A DNA stretch of 64,000 nucleotides from the NCBI GenBank assembly GCA_021799535.1, contig JAJZAH010000001.1:119797-183796 (forward strand), in the 5' to 3' direction. Each line of letters starts with the position of its first letter. The first letter of the stretch is position 1. The DNA is from Nanobdellota archaeon (lineage in GTDB: Archaea > Nanobdellota > Nanobdellia > Pacearchaeales > GW2011-AR1). Positions 20,058-29,500 of the stretch are shown here, one piece after another. The notes beneath the pieces are model-generated. The model had not been told where the DNA came from. It was given only the letters and a program-made list of their open reading frames with translations, and ran no database searches. The position numbers and the translations under genes were made by a program.

Positions 20058-20669
20058 TTAAAATAAAGTTCCCCTTACCAAAAGGTATGATCCTGTTAGG
20101 AATATAAATCCCCCGATTATCCTGTTTATCCGGTCTATTGTTCTTTGTTTTATCTTCATTCTGTTCTCTATTACGATCCAATTGAGGAAAGCGACGCCTG
20201 CAAATGATCCTATAGTTGTGAATAAAGCAAGCAGAAGGGACAAAAAGTAATTTCCGGATATTTGGCTCATGCCAAGAAGTGCGTAAAGTGCAATAAAGGA
20301 GAATATTACAAAGGGGCTTGCAAGCGCCACCGTCAAGCCGGAAAAGAACTCTTTTTTATTGTTTCCATTTCCGTTTTTTATAGAGATGCTTGCCCCAATT
20401 TCTTTTAATCCAACTCCAATCAGAAATAGTCCCCCGATTATTTGTATGAGCGCTTCATTACCGATCAGGAAATTTGATATTGCATTTATCCCAAAACTTG
20501 CAGCAAGTGCAAAAATTCCGTCTGCAGTTGATGCTCCAAAACCTGTGAAGTATCCTCCATACTTTCTCTCTGAAAGGCTTCTTTTTATACAAAGGGCCCC
20601 CACAGGTCCGAAGGGAATTCCAGAGGTGAGCCCCACAATAAATCCGGCAACAATTATCCAAAGAATCAT
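20058..20669 (-). CDS. LysE/RhtB-type amino-acid exporter family protein
   Basis: 203 aa with six predicted TM segments. N-terminal IPFGPVGALCI resembles the PGP motif of the LysE family. Confidence 0.45.
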   Translation of the reverse strand: MILWIIVAGFIVGLTSGIPFGPVGALCIKRSLSERKYGGYFTGFGASTADGIFALAASFGINAISNFLIGNEALIQIIGGLFLIGVGLKEIGASISIKNGNGNNKKEFFSGLTVALASPFVIFSFIALYALLGMSQISGNYFLSLLLALFTTIGSFAGVAFLNWIVIENRMKIKQRTIDRINRIIGGFIFLTGSYLLVRGTLF

Positions 20670-20670
20670 T

Positions 20671-20991
20671 TTATTGAATTGGCTGAGAATTGTTTAAATT
20701 CTTCTGGAGATAGGTGCTTTCGATATAAAATTCTTCAGGGGACCCGATGAAACTTTTTTCTGAAAAGATTTCGTTATAGACCCCATTCTGAGAGGAAATG
20801 CTTCTAGTTTCTTCTATATCATATAAAATCCCATTTTTATATGAAATCCTTGAGCTTTTCTCATAAATCCCGAAATTTCTCCTCACCTGGATTTCCTCGG
20901 AAGAGCTATAAAGTAAGTTTATTATCAGGATTAAAAGTAGGATTAACAAAATCCCTGCGGCAATAAACTCAATCTGTTTTTTCCTTTCCAT
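20671..20991 (-). CDS. Hypothetical membrane-anchored protein
   Basis: N-terminal TM helix followed by a soluble domain. Confidence 0.3.
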   Translation of the reverse strand: MERKKQIEFIAAGILLILLLILIINLLYSSSEEIQVRRNFGIYEKSSRISYKNGILYDIEETRSISSQNGVYNEIFSEKSFIGSPEEFYIESTYLQKNLNNSQPIQ

Positions 20992-21214
20992 TTCTCACAA
21001 AAACTCTTTTACCTTAACTTTAGGTTACTGAAGATATATAAATCTTTTATTTCCTTTAAAGAACATGAATAAACTTGTCGTTGCAAATTCAGTTTTGGGT
21101 CTTTCTTTTTTAGTTCTAGCTTTTACTGTTAGTTGGCTTTTTTTTGCCGGTGCGGTCATTTTCATGGTCATTAATCAAAAAATATTAACAAAAAATAAAT
21201 CTTAAGGGATTTGA

Positions 21215-21484
21215 TTACTCCCCGTTCTCAATCTCTCTTGGTTTTGCCTCACTTACTGTGAGCGGTCTCCCTTCAGCATCTTTGCCATTCATCTCTGCGA
21301 TGGCCTTGTCTGCATCGGCGTCGTTCACAAACGTGACAAATCCAAAACCTTTTGATCTGTTTCTATTGAACTTGTCAAGTATCACTGTTGCAAATTCAAC
21401 TTCTCCAAATTTAGAAAAAAGTTCCCTCAACTCTTTTCCCTTATATTTGAAAGGTAAGTTTCCAACGTAAACTTTCTTACTCAT
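21215..21484 (-). CDS. RRM-domain (RNP-1/RNP-2) RNA-binding protein
   Basis: RNP-2 KVYVGNL and RNP-1 KGFGFVTF motifs. 89 aa, single RRM. Confidence 0.7.
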   Translation of the reverse strand: MSKKVYVGNLPFKYKGKELRELFSKFGEVEFATVILDKFNRNRSKGFGFVTFVNDADADKAIAEMNGKDAEGRPLTVSEAKPREIENGE

Positions 21485-21611
21485 TTTACCTCCCGTGCTT
21501 TAATTCTCGAGAACTCTCGATTACGTATGAATGTTTTTACATTATTTAAATCTATCAATTGAAAAATTATTTAAATAAAGTTCGTATAATCCTATTGGGT
21601 TAAGGGGTTAT

Positions 21612-22451
21612 ATGAACAGAGAAGAATTTTTGAAAAAACTTGAGGTAGAACTGAAGATTGCTAAAAACTCAGAGCACACCCTGAAAAATTATCTCCATTG
21701 CAATATCCTTTTTTTGGATTTTATAAAAAAGGATCCGGATCAAGTGATGGAAGATGATATAAAACTTTATGTCGCGCAGAATCTCGCTGACAAATCGGCA
21801 ATATCGATAATCATATTTCTTGCGGCCCTGAAATTTTCAACTTCACTGATCCTTAAGCGAGATCTGACTGCAAACATCCGTCGTCCGAGGAGAGAAAAGC
21901 GAATTCCGGCAGTCCTCACAAAAAAAGAGGTCCTGGGTATTTTTGATGCACTCAATACTAAAAAATCCCGTCTTATGATTTCCTTGATGTATGCCGCCGG
22001 AATGCGGGTGTCCGAAGTTGCTTCACTTAAAGTGGGCAGCCTTAATTTTGAAGATAAAACGGGGATAATCAAGCAAGCTAAGGGCAGAAAAGATCGGATC
22101 TTCAACATTCCCCGGTTTCTTTTCGGGAAGTTGAAAAAATATTCGGAAAAACAGGAGTCAGCAGGGGAGGAGTACTTATTTCCTGGAAGGAACGGAAAAA
22201 AGATGTCTTCGAGAAATCTCCAGAAAATAGTCAAACTTGCGGCGAAGAAAGCAGGCGTGAAAAAAGATGTGCATTGTCATACTTTAAGGCATTCCTTTGC
22301 GACCCATCTGCTCGAAGAAGGAACTGATATCCGTTTTATACAACAGCTTTTGGGGCATAGTTCGATCTCGACAACAGAACTTTATACGCATATTTCCACG
22401 GAGTCGATAAAAAAAATAAAAAGCCCTATCGATACTTTAGAAAATGAATGA
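21612..22451 (+). CDS. xerA: Tyrosine recombinase, XerA-like (phage-integrase family)
   Basis: Catalytic region HTLRHSFATHLLEEGTDIRFIQQLLGHSSISTTELYTHI carries the R..HxxR..Y residues. At 279 aa it is archaeal XerA-sized. Confidence 0.75.
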   Translation: MNREEFLKKLEVELKIAKNSEHTLKNYLHCNILFLDFIKKDPDQVMEDDIKLYVAQNLADKSAISIIIFLAALKFSTSLILKRDLTANIRRPRREKRIPAVLTKKEVLGIFDALNTKKSRLMISLMYAAGMRVSEVASLKVGSLNFEDKTGIIKQAKGRKDRIFNIPRFLFGKLKKYSEKQESAGEEYLFPGRNGKKMSSRNLQKIVKLAAKKAGVKKDVHCHTLRHSFATHLLEEGTDIRFIQQLLGHSSISTTELYTHISTESIKKIKSPIDTLENE

Positions 22452-22869
22452 ATTTGAATCGCTAAAAAAGGAAAATGAAAGGCTCAGGAAGGAACTTGAA
22501 TCTTTAAAAGAAGAGAAAGAAAGATTGAAAAGAGGGATGGAAGCAAAGGCAAGAGAAGGTCATATTGTCTCAAGGGCCCCATTTGGTTATAAGGTCATGG
22601 GCGGGAGCCTTGTGAAAACTGAGAATTCTTCCGTAGTTGAAAGTATTTTCTTAGATTTTCAAAGGGAAGAGGTGAGTCTGAATAATCTTGCAAAGAAATA
22701 TGGTTTTTCTGTGAATGGCATAAAAAAAATTTTAAGGAATTTTACTTATCTTGGAAAGATCAAGTTTGACGGTGAAGTGCATAGTGGGAATCATGAACCT
22801 TTAGTTTCCTCTACGCTTTTCAACCATGTGCAGGATAAATTAGAAAGAAAGGGTATAAAAAATAATTAA
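22444..22869 (+). CDS. Recombinase-domain protein (large serine recombinase remnant lacking the catalytic resolvase domain)
   Basis: REGHIVSRAPFGYKV...SIFLDFQREEVSLNNLAKKYGF...ILRNFTYLGKIKFDGEVHSGNHEPLVSSTLFNHVQ matches the Recombinase (PF07508-type) domain of large serine recombinases. The N-terminus is a coiled coil only, with no Ser nucleophile domain. It overlaps the end of xerA. Confidence 0.5.
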   Translation: MNEFESLKKENERLRKELESLKEEKERLKRGMEAKAREGHIVSRAPFGYKVMGGSLVKTENSSVVESIFLDFQREEVSLNNLAKKYGFSVNGIKKILRNFTYLGKIKFDGEVHSGNHEPLVSSTLFNHVQDKLERKGIKNN

Positions 22870-23219
22870 TTGCCAGAATTTTTCCATGGAAACCCCTTGG
22901 GTGTGACAAAGTACTTTGTTTCTCTTGGCTTGTGTCTCTCGAAGTGATTTTGAGAATTTGCTTTATCGCTGCCCAAGGCAGGATAACTAAGAACAGTATA
23001 AACTATGCCAAATATACTTTCTTCCACTCTGGATATTCTTTCATATCTTTCAGATTCCCCGAAAAGGTCTTCTCTTCCTATCGTCTCAAAATATTCTCTA
23101 ATCTCCATTAACATCTTCCCATCTAGTAATTGATCTCTTTTTGACAGCCGGGAATCTTTCTCTTTATACCTTACAGAAAATTTTACATCTTCAAATTCAT
23201 CATCGAAATATTTTCCCAC
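22866..23219 (-). CDS. Hypothetical acidic protein
   Basis: 117-aa ORF occupying the position where rpoN/rpoK would normally follow rps9. Confidence 0.3.
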   Translation of the reverse strand: MGKYFDDEFEDVKFSVRYKEKDSRLSKRDQLLDGKMLMEIREYFETIGREDLFGESERYERISRVEESIFGIVYTVLSYPALGSDKANSQNHFERHKPRETKYFVTPKGFPWKNSGN

Positions 23220-23269
23220 TTTACTTTTTGAAAAAGAGATTATTTAAATTTAACCAAAATTAAGGAAAG

Positions 23270-23674
23270 TTATCTGTAAGAAGTCTGTCTTTTGGCCCTT
23301 GCTTTTGAATCTCCGGGCTTCCTTGTTTCTTTCCTTCTTACGTCAGCCACTAGAAGGCTTCTGTCATAATCCAAGTAAGCTTGTTTCAGTTCAGATGATT
23401 TAGTAAAATTCACAATTGCTTTTGCAGCTGCGAGCCTTGCCGCATCTATCTGGCCTTTGTTTCCCCCGCCTTGTGCGGTTATTTTTATATCAAAATTGGC
23501 TTTTCCAATAATGTTCTCGGCTATTCTTAAGGGCTCCTCAATCTTCAGTTTGTCGAAAAGTTCAAGGTTTCCGTAGTCTCTCCCATTAAAAGTCATCTTT
23601 CCTGACCCATCTGAGATTTCGGCCCTTGCGACAGCTTCTTTTCTTTTTCCTGATGAATAACCTTTTATTGCCAT
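23270..23674 (-). CDS. rps9: Ribosomal protein uS9
   Basis: 134 aa with the C-terminal basic tail ARAKRQTSYR typical of S9. Confidence 0.8.
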   Translation of the reverse strand: MAIKGYSSGKRKEAVARAEISDGSGKMTFNGRDYGNLELFDKLKIEEPLRIAENIIGKANFDIKITAQGGGNKGQIDAARLAAAKAIVNFTKSSELKQAYLDYDRSLLVADVRRKETRKPGDSKARAKRQTSYR

Positions 23675-23675
23675 C

Positions 23676-24068
23676 TTATTTTGTGAACTCTTTTACTTTA
23701 GAGTACTTGCCCTTTTTTGAAGTTGGGATCTTGAAAGATTTTGAGTTTTCAAACTCTTTTGGAATATTATTGTAACACTTGACTCTTTTTAGAGCTTCCC
23801 GCCCTCTTCCTGCCCTTGTATCGGGCAGCATGCCTCTTACGGCGCGTTTTACTATTTTCTCTGAAGTTGCTGGGTGTTTTGGCCCTTTTTGACTGCTCCC
23901 GATTCTCCCTCTTTTCTCATCGAAAATTTTTTTCGTTGCGCCGAAATTTCCAGTTATTATCACTTCACTGCAGTTTATAACTGAAATCTCCTCGCCTTTG
24001 AGAGCTTCTTTTGCCGCAAAGCTTGCGAGTCTTCCAAGGGGCGTGCCTCTCCCGTCCACGACTTTCAT
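23676..24068 (-). CDS. rpl13: Ribosomal protein uL13
   Basis: VVDGRGTPLGRLAS...VINCSEVIITG matches the L13 N-terminal signature. Confidence 0.8.
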   Translation of the reverse strand: MKVVDGRGTPLGRLASFAAKEALKGEEISVINCSEVIITGNFGATKKIFDEKRGRIGSSQKGPKHPATSEKIVKRAVRGMLPDTRAGRGREALKRVKCYNNIPKEFENSKSFKIPTSKKGKYSKVKEFTK

Positions 24069-24427
24069 TTTATTATTGTAACTCCTTTTGCATTTTTGTT
24101 TGATCTTATCTCCTCAATTATGGTTTTAACCTCACACCCGGCTTTCATGAGTTTTTCTTTTGCCTTTTTGGAAAATCCTAGGGCAACAACTTTCATTTTC
24201 TTATTTACCTCACCGTCCCCGAGGATCTTGCCGCATACAACCACGGAGTCAAGATTAGAATTGCTCAAGGATGCCAGGTTGATATCTTTTCTTTTCTTTC
24301 TTGGTCCGGACAATGCTCCCGCAACCTCCTTCCATTCTGGGCTTTTCTTCGCAAGGATGATTGTTTCAACCAACTCTGAATTGGTCTTTTTCCTCAGTTG
24401 TTCCTCAATTTTTGTCTTTGACTTCAT
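24065..24427 (-). CDS. rpl18e: Ribosomal protein eL18 (L18e)
   Basis: 120-aa basic protein immediately upstream of rpl13-rps9, as in the conserved archaeal operon. Confidence 0.6.
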   Translation of the reverse strand: MKSKTKIEEQLRKKTNSELVETIILAKKSPEWKEVAGALSGPRKKRKDINLASLSNSNLDSVVVCGKILGDGEVNKKMKVVALGFSKKAKEKLMKAGCEVKTIIEEIRSNKNAKGVTIIK

Positions 24428-24648
24428 TTTATTTTAACGAGAAATTCTTCCCGCTATGCGCTTTTTACTCGCAGGTAAAACTTTGAAACGAGCTTGTTTT
24501 ATAAACTTTTCCTTAAGCTTTAAATATTGCTTGATCCTAAAATTTCCGTTTACTTCACTGAATAGCTAAGCCCCCGGCTTCGCTATCCTGACTGTAAACA
24601 TATGTGTCGAAAAGTTCAGAAATGAACTAACCGCTGCATTTTGACCTT

Positions 24649-24731
24649 GTGGGTGTGCCGGAGTGGTCAAACGGGACGGACTCAAGATCCGTTAGCTTAT
24701 GCTTTCCTAGGTTCGAATCCTAGCATCCACA
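24649..24731 (+). tRNA. tRNA-Leu (anticodon CAA), class II with long variable arm
   Basis: Folded by hand: acceptor GTGGGTG/CATCCAC, anticodon stem ACGGA/TCCGT with loop CTCAAGA, variable arm TAGCTTATGCTTTC, T arm CTAGG-TTCGAAT-CCTAG, discriminator A. CCA is not encoded. Confidence 0.7.
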
Positions 24732-24811
24732 TATTTCTCGCCTCTTTCAAATCTTTTCTATAAGTCCATTCTTCCGCTCTGGCAAATTTACCTTTTAACA
24801 GTCATAACAAA

Positions 24812-25318
24812 ATGGAAAAGTTTATAAGTAACTGGTTAGTGGTAAAACACATGGAGATGGAAAATAAGTGGGTGACGAAGGGTAATTTTTCTGACCTGCA
24901 GGACTGGAAAAATCCCGAAATATCCTCAGAAAGCGAAAATTCCGATGTTTTTGGAAGTTTTAAGGTTGAAGCCCTGAAAAAATCTGTGGAGGAAATACAT
25001 GAAATGATCCTCAGTAGGGAAAGGCTTAGTAGGAAGATACATGAAGAAGGGGAATCTCTCAAGTCTGAAATAAAAGGTTATCTTGCGGAAAATGAAAGGA
25101 TGCAAATTGCTCCCTCAGATCCTTCGAGGGAAAAAGACAGTCTCAGGCATAAGAAAATTGAGATTTCCGAGCTGCAGATGAATGAGAAAATAAGCTGCTG
25201 GAAGGATGTGGCACTGCTTAAAAAAGAACTAAGGGAATATGAGCGTGAACTTTTAGAGAAGGAAGAAAGGGCAAAGGCATTCCAAAAAATCTTAAATGGA
25301 GATGAAAATGGAATCTAA
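24812..25318 (+). CDS. Hypothetical coiled-coil protein
   Basis: 168 aa, E/K-rich heptad pattern. First gene downstream of the tRNA-Leu. Confidence 0.3.
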   Translation: MEKFISNWLVVKHMEMENKWVTKGNFSDLQDWKNPEISSESENSDVFGSFKVEALKKSVEEIHEMILSRERLSRKIHEEGESLKSEIKGYLAENERMQIAPSDPSREKDSLRHKKIEISELQMNEKISCWKDVALLKKELREYERELLEKEERAKAFQKILNGDENGI

Positions 25319-25598
25319 TTATGTCCAAAAGCCGGTTTCTGAGGAATATCTAAAGGGCATAGCCCAAGAATATTTGGAAGGAGAGCTGAAGAGCTATTCA
25401 GATTTGTTTTCTAGGTATTATTGCCATGATCAAACAAAGGCAGAATCCCTTAACGGGAAGGGGTATTATTTAGAGGGTTATGCACTTGCTATTAAAACTC
25501 TCGAAGGGAGAGAAATGAAATACGTCGGCACGAGGAAGGGATACTTGGTGGATATATCTCTTTTGCCTGAAAAACTGGAGGACCTGTCGGTCAATTAG
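25296..25598 (+). CDS. Hypothetical protein
   Basis: 100-aa ORF on the same strand as its neighbours, overlapping them by a few codons. Confidence 0.25.
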   Translation: MEMKMESNYVQKPVSEEYLKGIAQEYLEGELKSYSDLFSRYYCHDQTKAESLNGKGYYLEGYALAIKTLEGREMKYVGTRKGYLVDISLLPEKLEDLSVN

Positions 25599-25940
25599 AT
25601 GATTAAAGAAGAGAAAGGTTCTTTATTATATTTTCCCGGGACTTGGTTTTATGAAATTGGGAATTTCCGGGATGTTATAAAAAACACCCTCCCTGAAAAT
25701 TTTAACTTAATCCTCTTCTTATCAGGAAAGCTCTTCTCGGAGAGTTTTTCGGCAGATTCAAGGTCTTCTGAAAGAATTAATTACAGAAACTATTTTGAGC
25801 TGGCAGTAAATAGTGCTTACTATGAGCTTATGATAAATAGAATGAAAAGTGAAGGGACTAAGTATATCCTCGCTAAGGGAATTTTTTCGGTCCCGATTTC
25901 AACTTTGCCAAATAAAATGGAGGAGCTTTCAAGGAGTTAA
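25599..25940 (+). CDS. Hypothetical protein
   Basis: 113-aa ORF. Confidence 0.25.
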   Translation: MIKEEKGSLLYFPGTWFYEIGNFRDVIKNTLPENFNLILFLSGKLFSESFSADSRSSERINYRNYFELAVNSAYYELMINRMKSEGTKYILAKGIFSVPISTLPNKMEELSRS

Positions 25941-26463
25941 GATGAGGCCGACCATTTTACCGGGAGAATTTGGAATTGCTTTAGTGGACCTTCAGGATTA
26001 TTTCCTCTACAAAGTGACGGAGTTTGAAGGCAAGTCCGCTTCAGAGTGTCTGTTGGGAAATGCCCTTTCGGTTGTGGAATTTGGAGTAAGACATAGTCTC
26101 CCGATCTATCTTGTAAGGGATTTTAATCTTGGGGATATTAATCCGGAGATTACCGTTTTGCTCGAGAGTTATGGCCCTAAAGCAAATATAGAAAAGGATT
26201 CAGCTGATGGATTCGACGGAACTAATTTTGAAAGGGAGATTAACCGTTATTTTGTCAAAAACCTTCTTTATGCGGGTATTTCAAAGACCGGATGCATGAA
26301 AGCCACAATAAGTTCTGGGATCTCTCATGGATATAACTCCTTTACTTCTCCGGACCTGATGAATCGCAAAGGAGAAATAAATGATTGGTATAAAACTAAT
26401 ACGAACTTTTTCAGGGATCACAAAAAATTAATCTCCTTTTTAGAGAAGAAGGTGTTAAAATAA
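25941..26463 (+). CDS. Isochorismatase-family cysteine hydrolase (copy 1)
   Basis: The internal start MRPTILPGEFGIALVDLQDYF is preferred over the track start at 25849, which overlaps the previous gene by 90 nt. Catalytic-triad candidates are D in VDLQDYF, K in IEKDSADGF and C in GISKTGCM. Confidence 0.5.
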
Positions 26464-26464
26464 A

Positions 26465-26971
26465 ATGGGAAAAATAATGCTCCGAGGAAAATATGGAATT
26501 GTAATAGTGGATATGCAGCCAGCTTTTCTTGATGGATGCAGCAACGCTGAAAAGTCATGTCTTATTTCAAATGTAAATGCACTAGTCAAATTCGGAAAAA
26601 GCAAGAGTCTCCCGATTTGGGCCCTTGAGATGTCGAGTGTGGGAAAAACTGTCTTAGAAGTGCGCTCAGGTCTGGAAGGGTACTTTGGAGTAAATTTTGT
26701 GTCGAAAAAGTTTGCAAGTGGTTTTAAGCATACATCTCTTGATGGTTCTTTGAAAGGTTTTTCAGTGAGAAATTTAGTATATGCGGGATTGTGCAAGGGG
26801 GTTTGTGTAAAGGAAACGATTGCTGATGGGGAGGCAAGGTATTCTCCTTTTATCTCTCTGGATCTTACAGGTGTAGATGATTCAGAAAACAGATGGTATG
26901 AATCTCATACAAATTATTTTCCCACTTACAGAGAACTGGTTGCATTTCTGGATAAGGAGGTTTCGAGATAA
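26465..26971 (+). CDS. Isochorismatase-family cysteine hydrolase (copy 2, tandem paralog)
   Basis: GIVIVDMQPAFL, KKFASGF and GLCKGVCV. The C-terminus RWYESHTNYFPTYRELVAFLDKEV parallels copy 1 (DWYKTNTNFFRDHKKLISFLEKKV). Confidence 0.5.
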   Translation: MGKIMLRGKYGIVIVDMQPAFLDGCSNAEKSCLISNVNALVKFGKSKSLPIWALEMSSVGKTVLEVRSGLEGYFGVNFVSKKFASGFKHTSLDGSLKGFSVRNLVYAGLCKGVCVKETIADGEARYSPFISLDLTGVDDSENRWYESHTNYFPTYRELVAFLDKEVSR

Positions 26972-26973
26972 AA

Positions 26974-27564
26974 ATGGAAAAAGAAAGATTAAACTTACTT
27001 GGAAAACTCGTCAAAGGAAAGGAACTCACTTTGGATGAGGCAAAGGTTTTAGGAAGTGTTTCAATGGCAGATTCTTGCTTCCCATTTAGGTATGTGGTAA
27101 GGGGGGATAACCGTCTTGGAGCTTGGGGGTATGTTTTTCCCGTGATTTTTAATTTGCAGAATCTTGCTGCAAAATTAAACAATTATCATTTTAGTTCGGA
27201 TTTCCCAAAGAAGGAATTTGAAATGCATAGCTTAGCTTACAAATTAGAAGTTTCAACAGTTCGTCCCGAAGGCCTTTTTAATGTTTATAATGTTCATGAT
27301 AAATCCTTTTGGGTTGCTGAAGTGATGGAAAGAATTCATGGGAAAACCTTTGCTGAACTAAATTGTAAATCAGAAGGCAGGAGTTTATATTATCTTAATT
27401 GTTTGAACAAAAAGAAGGATGTTATCAAAAAAAATGCGGAAAAAACTTTTGAAATACATGATTATCAAGACAGAAATGTTCTTTTTGAGCCTTCTACCCA
27501 GAAGGTTTATTTAATCGATCTAGAGTCTTGGACACCTAAGCAATCGTCGGAGGTTTCTCATTAA
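26974..27564 (+). CDS. Hypothetical protein with protein-kinase-like catalytic-loop motif
   Basis: HDYQDRNVLF...KVYLIDLE resembles the HxDxxxxN catalytic loop plus the DFG-equivalent of atypical kinases (Kdo kinase/RIO/Bud32-like). At 196 aa it is too short for a full eukaryotic-type kinase. Confidence 0.3.
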   Translation: MEKERLNLLGKLVKGKELTLDEAKVLGSVSMADSCFPFRYVVRGDNRLGAWGYVFPVIFNLQNLAAKLNNYHFSSDFPKKEFEMHSLAYKLEVSTVRPEGLFNVYNVHDKSFWVAEVMERIHGKTFAELNCKSEGRSLYYLNCLNKKKDVIKKNAEKTFEIHDYQDRNVLFEPSTQKVYLIDLESWTPKQSSEVSH

Positions 27565-27565
27565 A

Positions 27566-29500
27566 ATGCAAACCCGTATATCCGTAGAAGACCTTGCAAG
27601 GAAACTTAAGCCTATATTGGGGTCAAAAGTTGATGAGCTTTACTTCAGGTACATAAATAGCGAAGATAGTGATGAGAAAAATGAAATATTTCAGATTCTT
27701 TCTTCTTTTTATCAAAAATATCTTTCGAAGCTCCTTGACAGGAATTTCTCGTTAGAGCCCCCTGCGGACGGCACATTGTCCGGGGAATACCCCCTTGCGA
27801 AAGTAAATTATGCAGAAAAGGAGTTATTTGACTTTTCTCTCAGAGAAAACGACTGGCCGAGGCATGTTTGCATAACTGGGATGAGCGGGAGCGGTAAAAC
27901 TACTCTTGCATTGGGGATCCTTAAGAACTTTGTCAGCAGGAAAAAGCCTTTCATGGTCTTCGATTGGAAGAAAAGTTTCAGGCCTCTTATCGAAGTAAAC
28001 CCTTCCGTGATGTGTTTTACTGTTGGGAATAGTCAGGTGAGCAATTTTTTCAAGACAAACATAAACAGACCTCCAAAAGGTGTGAGCCCCAGGGAATGGA
28101 TAAATGCTCTGTGTGATCTCCTGGCAGAAAGTTTCAATGTTTCTTTTGGAGTCCATAAAATTCTTCTTGAAACTCTCGATGAAATTTTTGAAGGTTGGGG
28201 GGTTTACCAAGGATCAGAATTATATCCTAATTGGGAACATGTAAAGAAGATGCTTGAGATAAAAGCCAGGGACTCTAAAGGGAGAGAGACCGGATGGTAT
28301 GAGAGTGCCCTTAGGATAGCGACTGTCCTGACGTTCGGAGATTTTGGAAAAGTGATTAATTATGATGGCAAGAAGAGCATTTCAATAGAGGACCTTTTTG
28401 ACAAAGAGGTTATTTTTGAACTGAACTCTCTCTCAAATATAGAAAAGAAATTTTTTTGCGAGTATCTCCTGACTTATATCTTTAAACTTAAGAAAGCGGG
28501 AGATGAAAAATCTGATGGCTCTTTCAAGAATGCGATTTTGGTTGATGAAGCTCACAATATTTTCCTTAAAAAAGAGACGAGTTTCATGACTGAATCTGTG
28601 ACGGACATGATTTATAGAGAGATGCGTGAATATGGGACAAGTCTGATCTGCCTTGACCAACATATTTCCAAGTTGAGTGATACAGTTGTCGGAAATAGTG
28701 CTTGTCATATCGCTTTCCAGCAGCAGTTGCCTCAAGATGTTGAAGAAGTAAGCTCTTTGATGAGGTTGAGGGACAAGGCTGAAATTTTCAATGACCTCAA
28801 AGTTGGATCTGCGATAGTGAAGCTCTCCGAGCGTTACACTTCTCCCTTTATGATCAATGTACCCTTTGATAGTTTAAGAATTTCTTCTCTCCCTTCCTCT
28901 AAGATAAAAAGCAAAATGGAGTTTGTCGCGAGTGTTGCTGAGGTCGAAAAAAATGATTCAGAGTTCAAGGAAAAGATAATCTTTGATGAAGAACCCAAGC
29001 CTGAAACTGCTGAAAAACCTGTCTTGATGACTGAAAAGACCAAGAAAGAAGAAGTAATCATAGGGGATTCTTTCTCAGAAGTCCAGAATGTCCTTTATAA
29101 TTTTGCTTTAAAGAAAATTTCGGAAGGCTCAAGTTTTTCCGAAGTAGAGAAGCTTTTGGATTCAGGAGCCTATTTTGGCCGTTATACAAGAAGAGATGTT
29201 CTTTTGGTTATGAATAAGCTCTTTGCAGAGAAACTGGAGACCCGAAAGACAGTTCCTGGGATTTTTTCTGACAAAAAAATCATCGAGGGCATTGGTTTAT
29301 CTACTGAAGAAAAATCCTTGATTGAATTTTTGAAAGCAAATCCGAGCCATGATCTTGCAACAGTCGAGCTTTACAGGCATGTTGGTCTCTCATCGAGAAA
29401 AGGAAATATTATAAAGGGCAAGCTTCTTGAAAAAGGAATGATCACTCAAAACGAAGAGAGAAACAGCAAAGGATGGAGAAAACTGATAAGGCTCTCTTGA
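27566..29500 (+). CDS. HerA/FtsK-superfamily (DUF87-like) P-loop ATPase with C-terminal winged helix
   Basis: Walker A GMSGSGKTT followed by FMVFDWKKSF (HerA-like), Walker B ILVDEAHNIF, and a C-terminal wHTH-like tail (KANPSHDLATVELYRHVGLSSRKGNIIKGKLLEKGMI). Confidence 0.5.
   Translation: MQTRISVEDLARKLKPILGSKVDELYFRYINSEDSDEKNEIFQILSSFYQKYLSKLLDRNFSLEPPADGTLSGEYPLAKVNYAEKELFDFSLRENDWPRHVCITGMSGSGKTTLALGILKNFVSRKKPFMVFDWKKSFRPLIEVNPSVMCFTVGNSQVSNFFKTNINRPPKGVSPREWINALCDLLAESFNVSFGVHKILLETLDEIFEGWGVYQGSELYPNWEHVKKMLEIKARDSKGRETGWYESALRIATVLTFGDFGKVINYDGKKSISIEDLFDKEVIFELNSLSNIEKKFFCEYLLTYIFKLKKAGDEKSDGSFKNAILVDEAHNIFLKKETSFMTESVTDMIYREMREYGTSLICLDQHISKLSDTVVGNSACHIAFQQQLPQDVEEVSSLMRLRDKAEIFNDLKVGSAIVKLSERYTSPFMINVPFDSLRISSLPSSKIKSKMEFVASVAEVEKNDSEFKEKIIFDEEPKPETAEKPVLMTEKTKKEEVIIGDSFSEVQNVLYNFALKKISEGSSFSEVEKLLDSGAYFGRYTRRDVLLVMNKLFAEKLETRKTVPGIFSDKKIIEGIGLSTEEKSLIEFLKANPSHDLATVELYRHVGLSSRKGNIIKGKLLEKGMITQNEERNSKGWRKLIRLS

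Noticed and set aside
25849-25940. Track start codon of the first isochorismatase-like ORF
   Set aside because: It overlaps the preceding gene by 90 nt; the internal Met (MRPTILPGE...) at 25941 gives a protein colinear with its tandem paralog.
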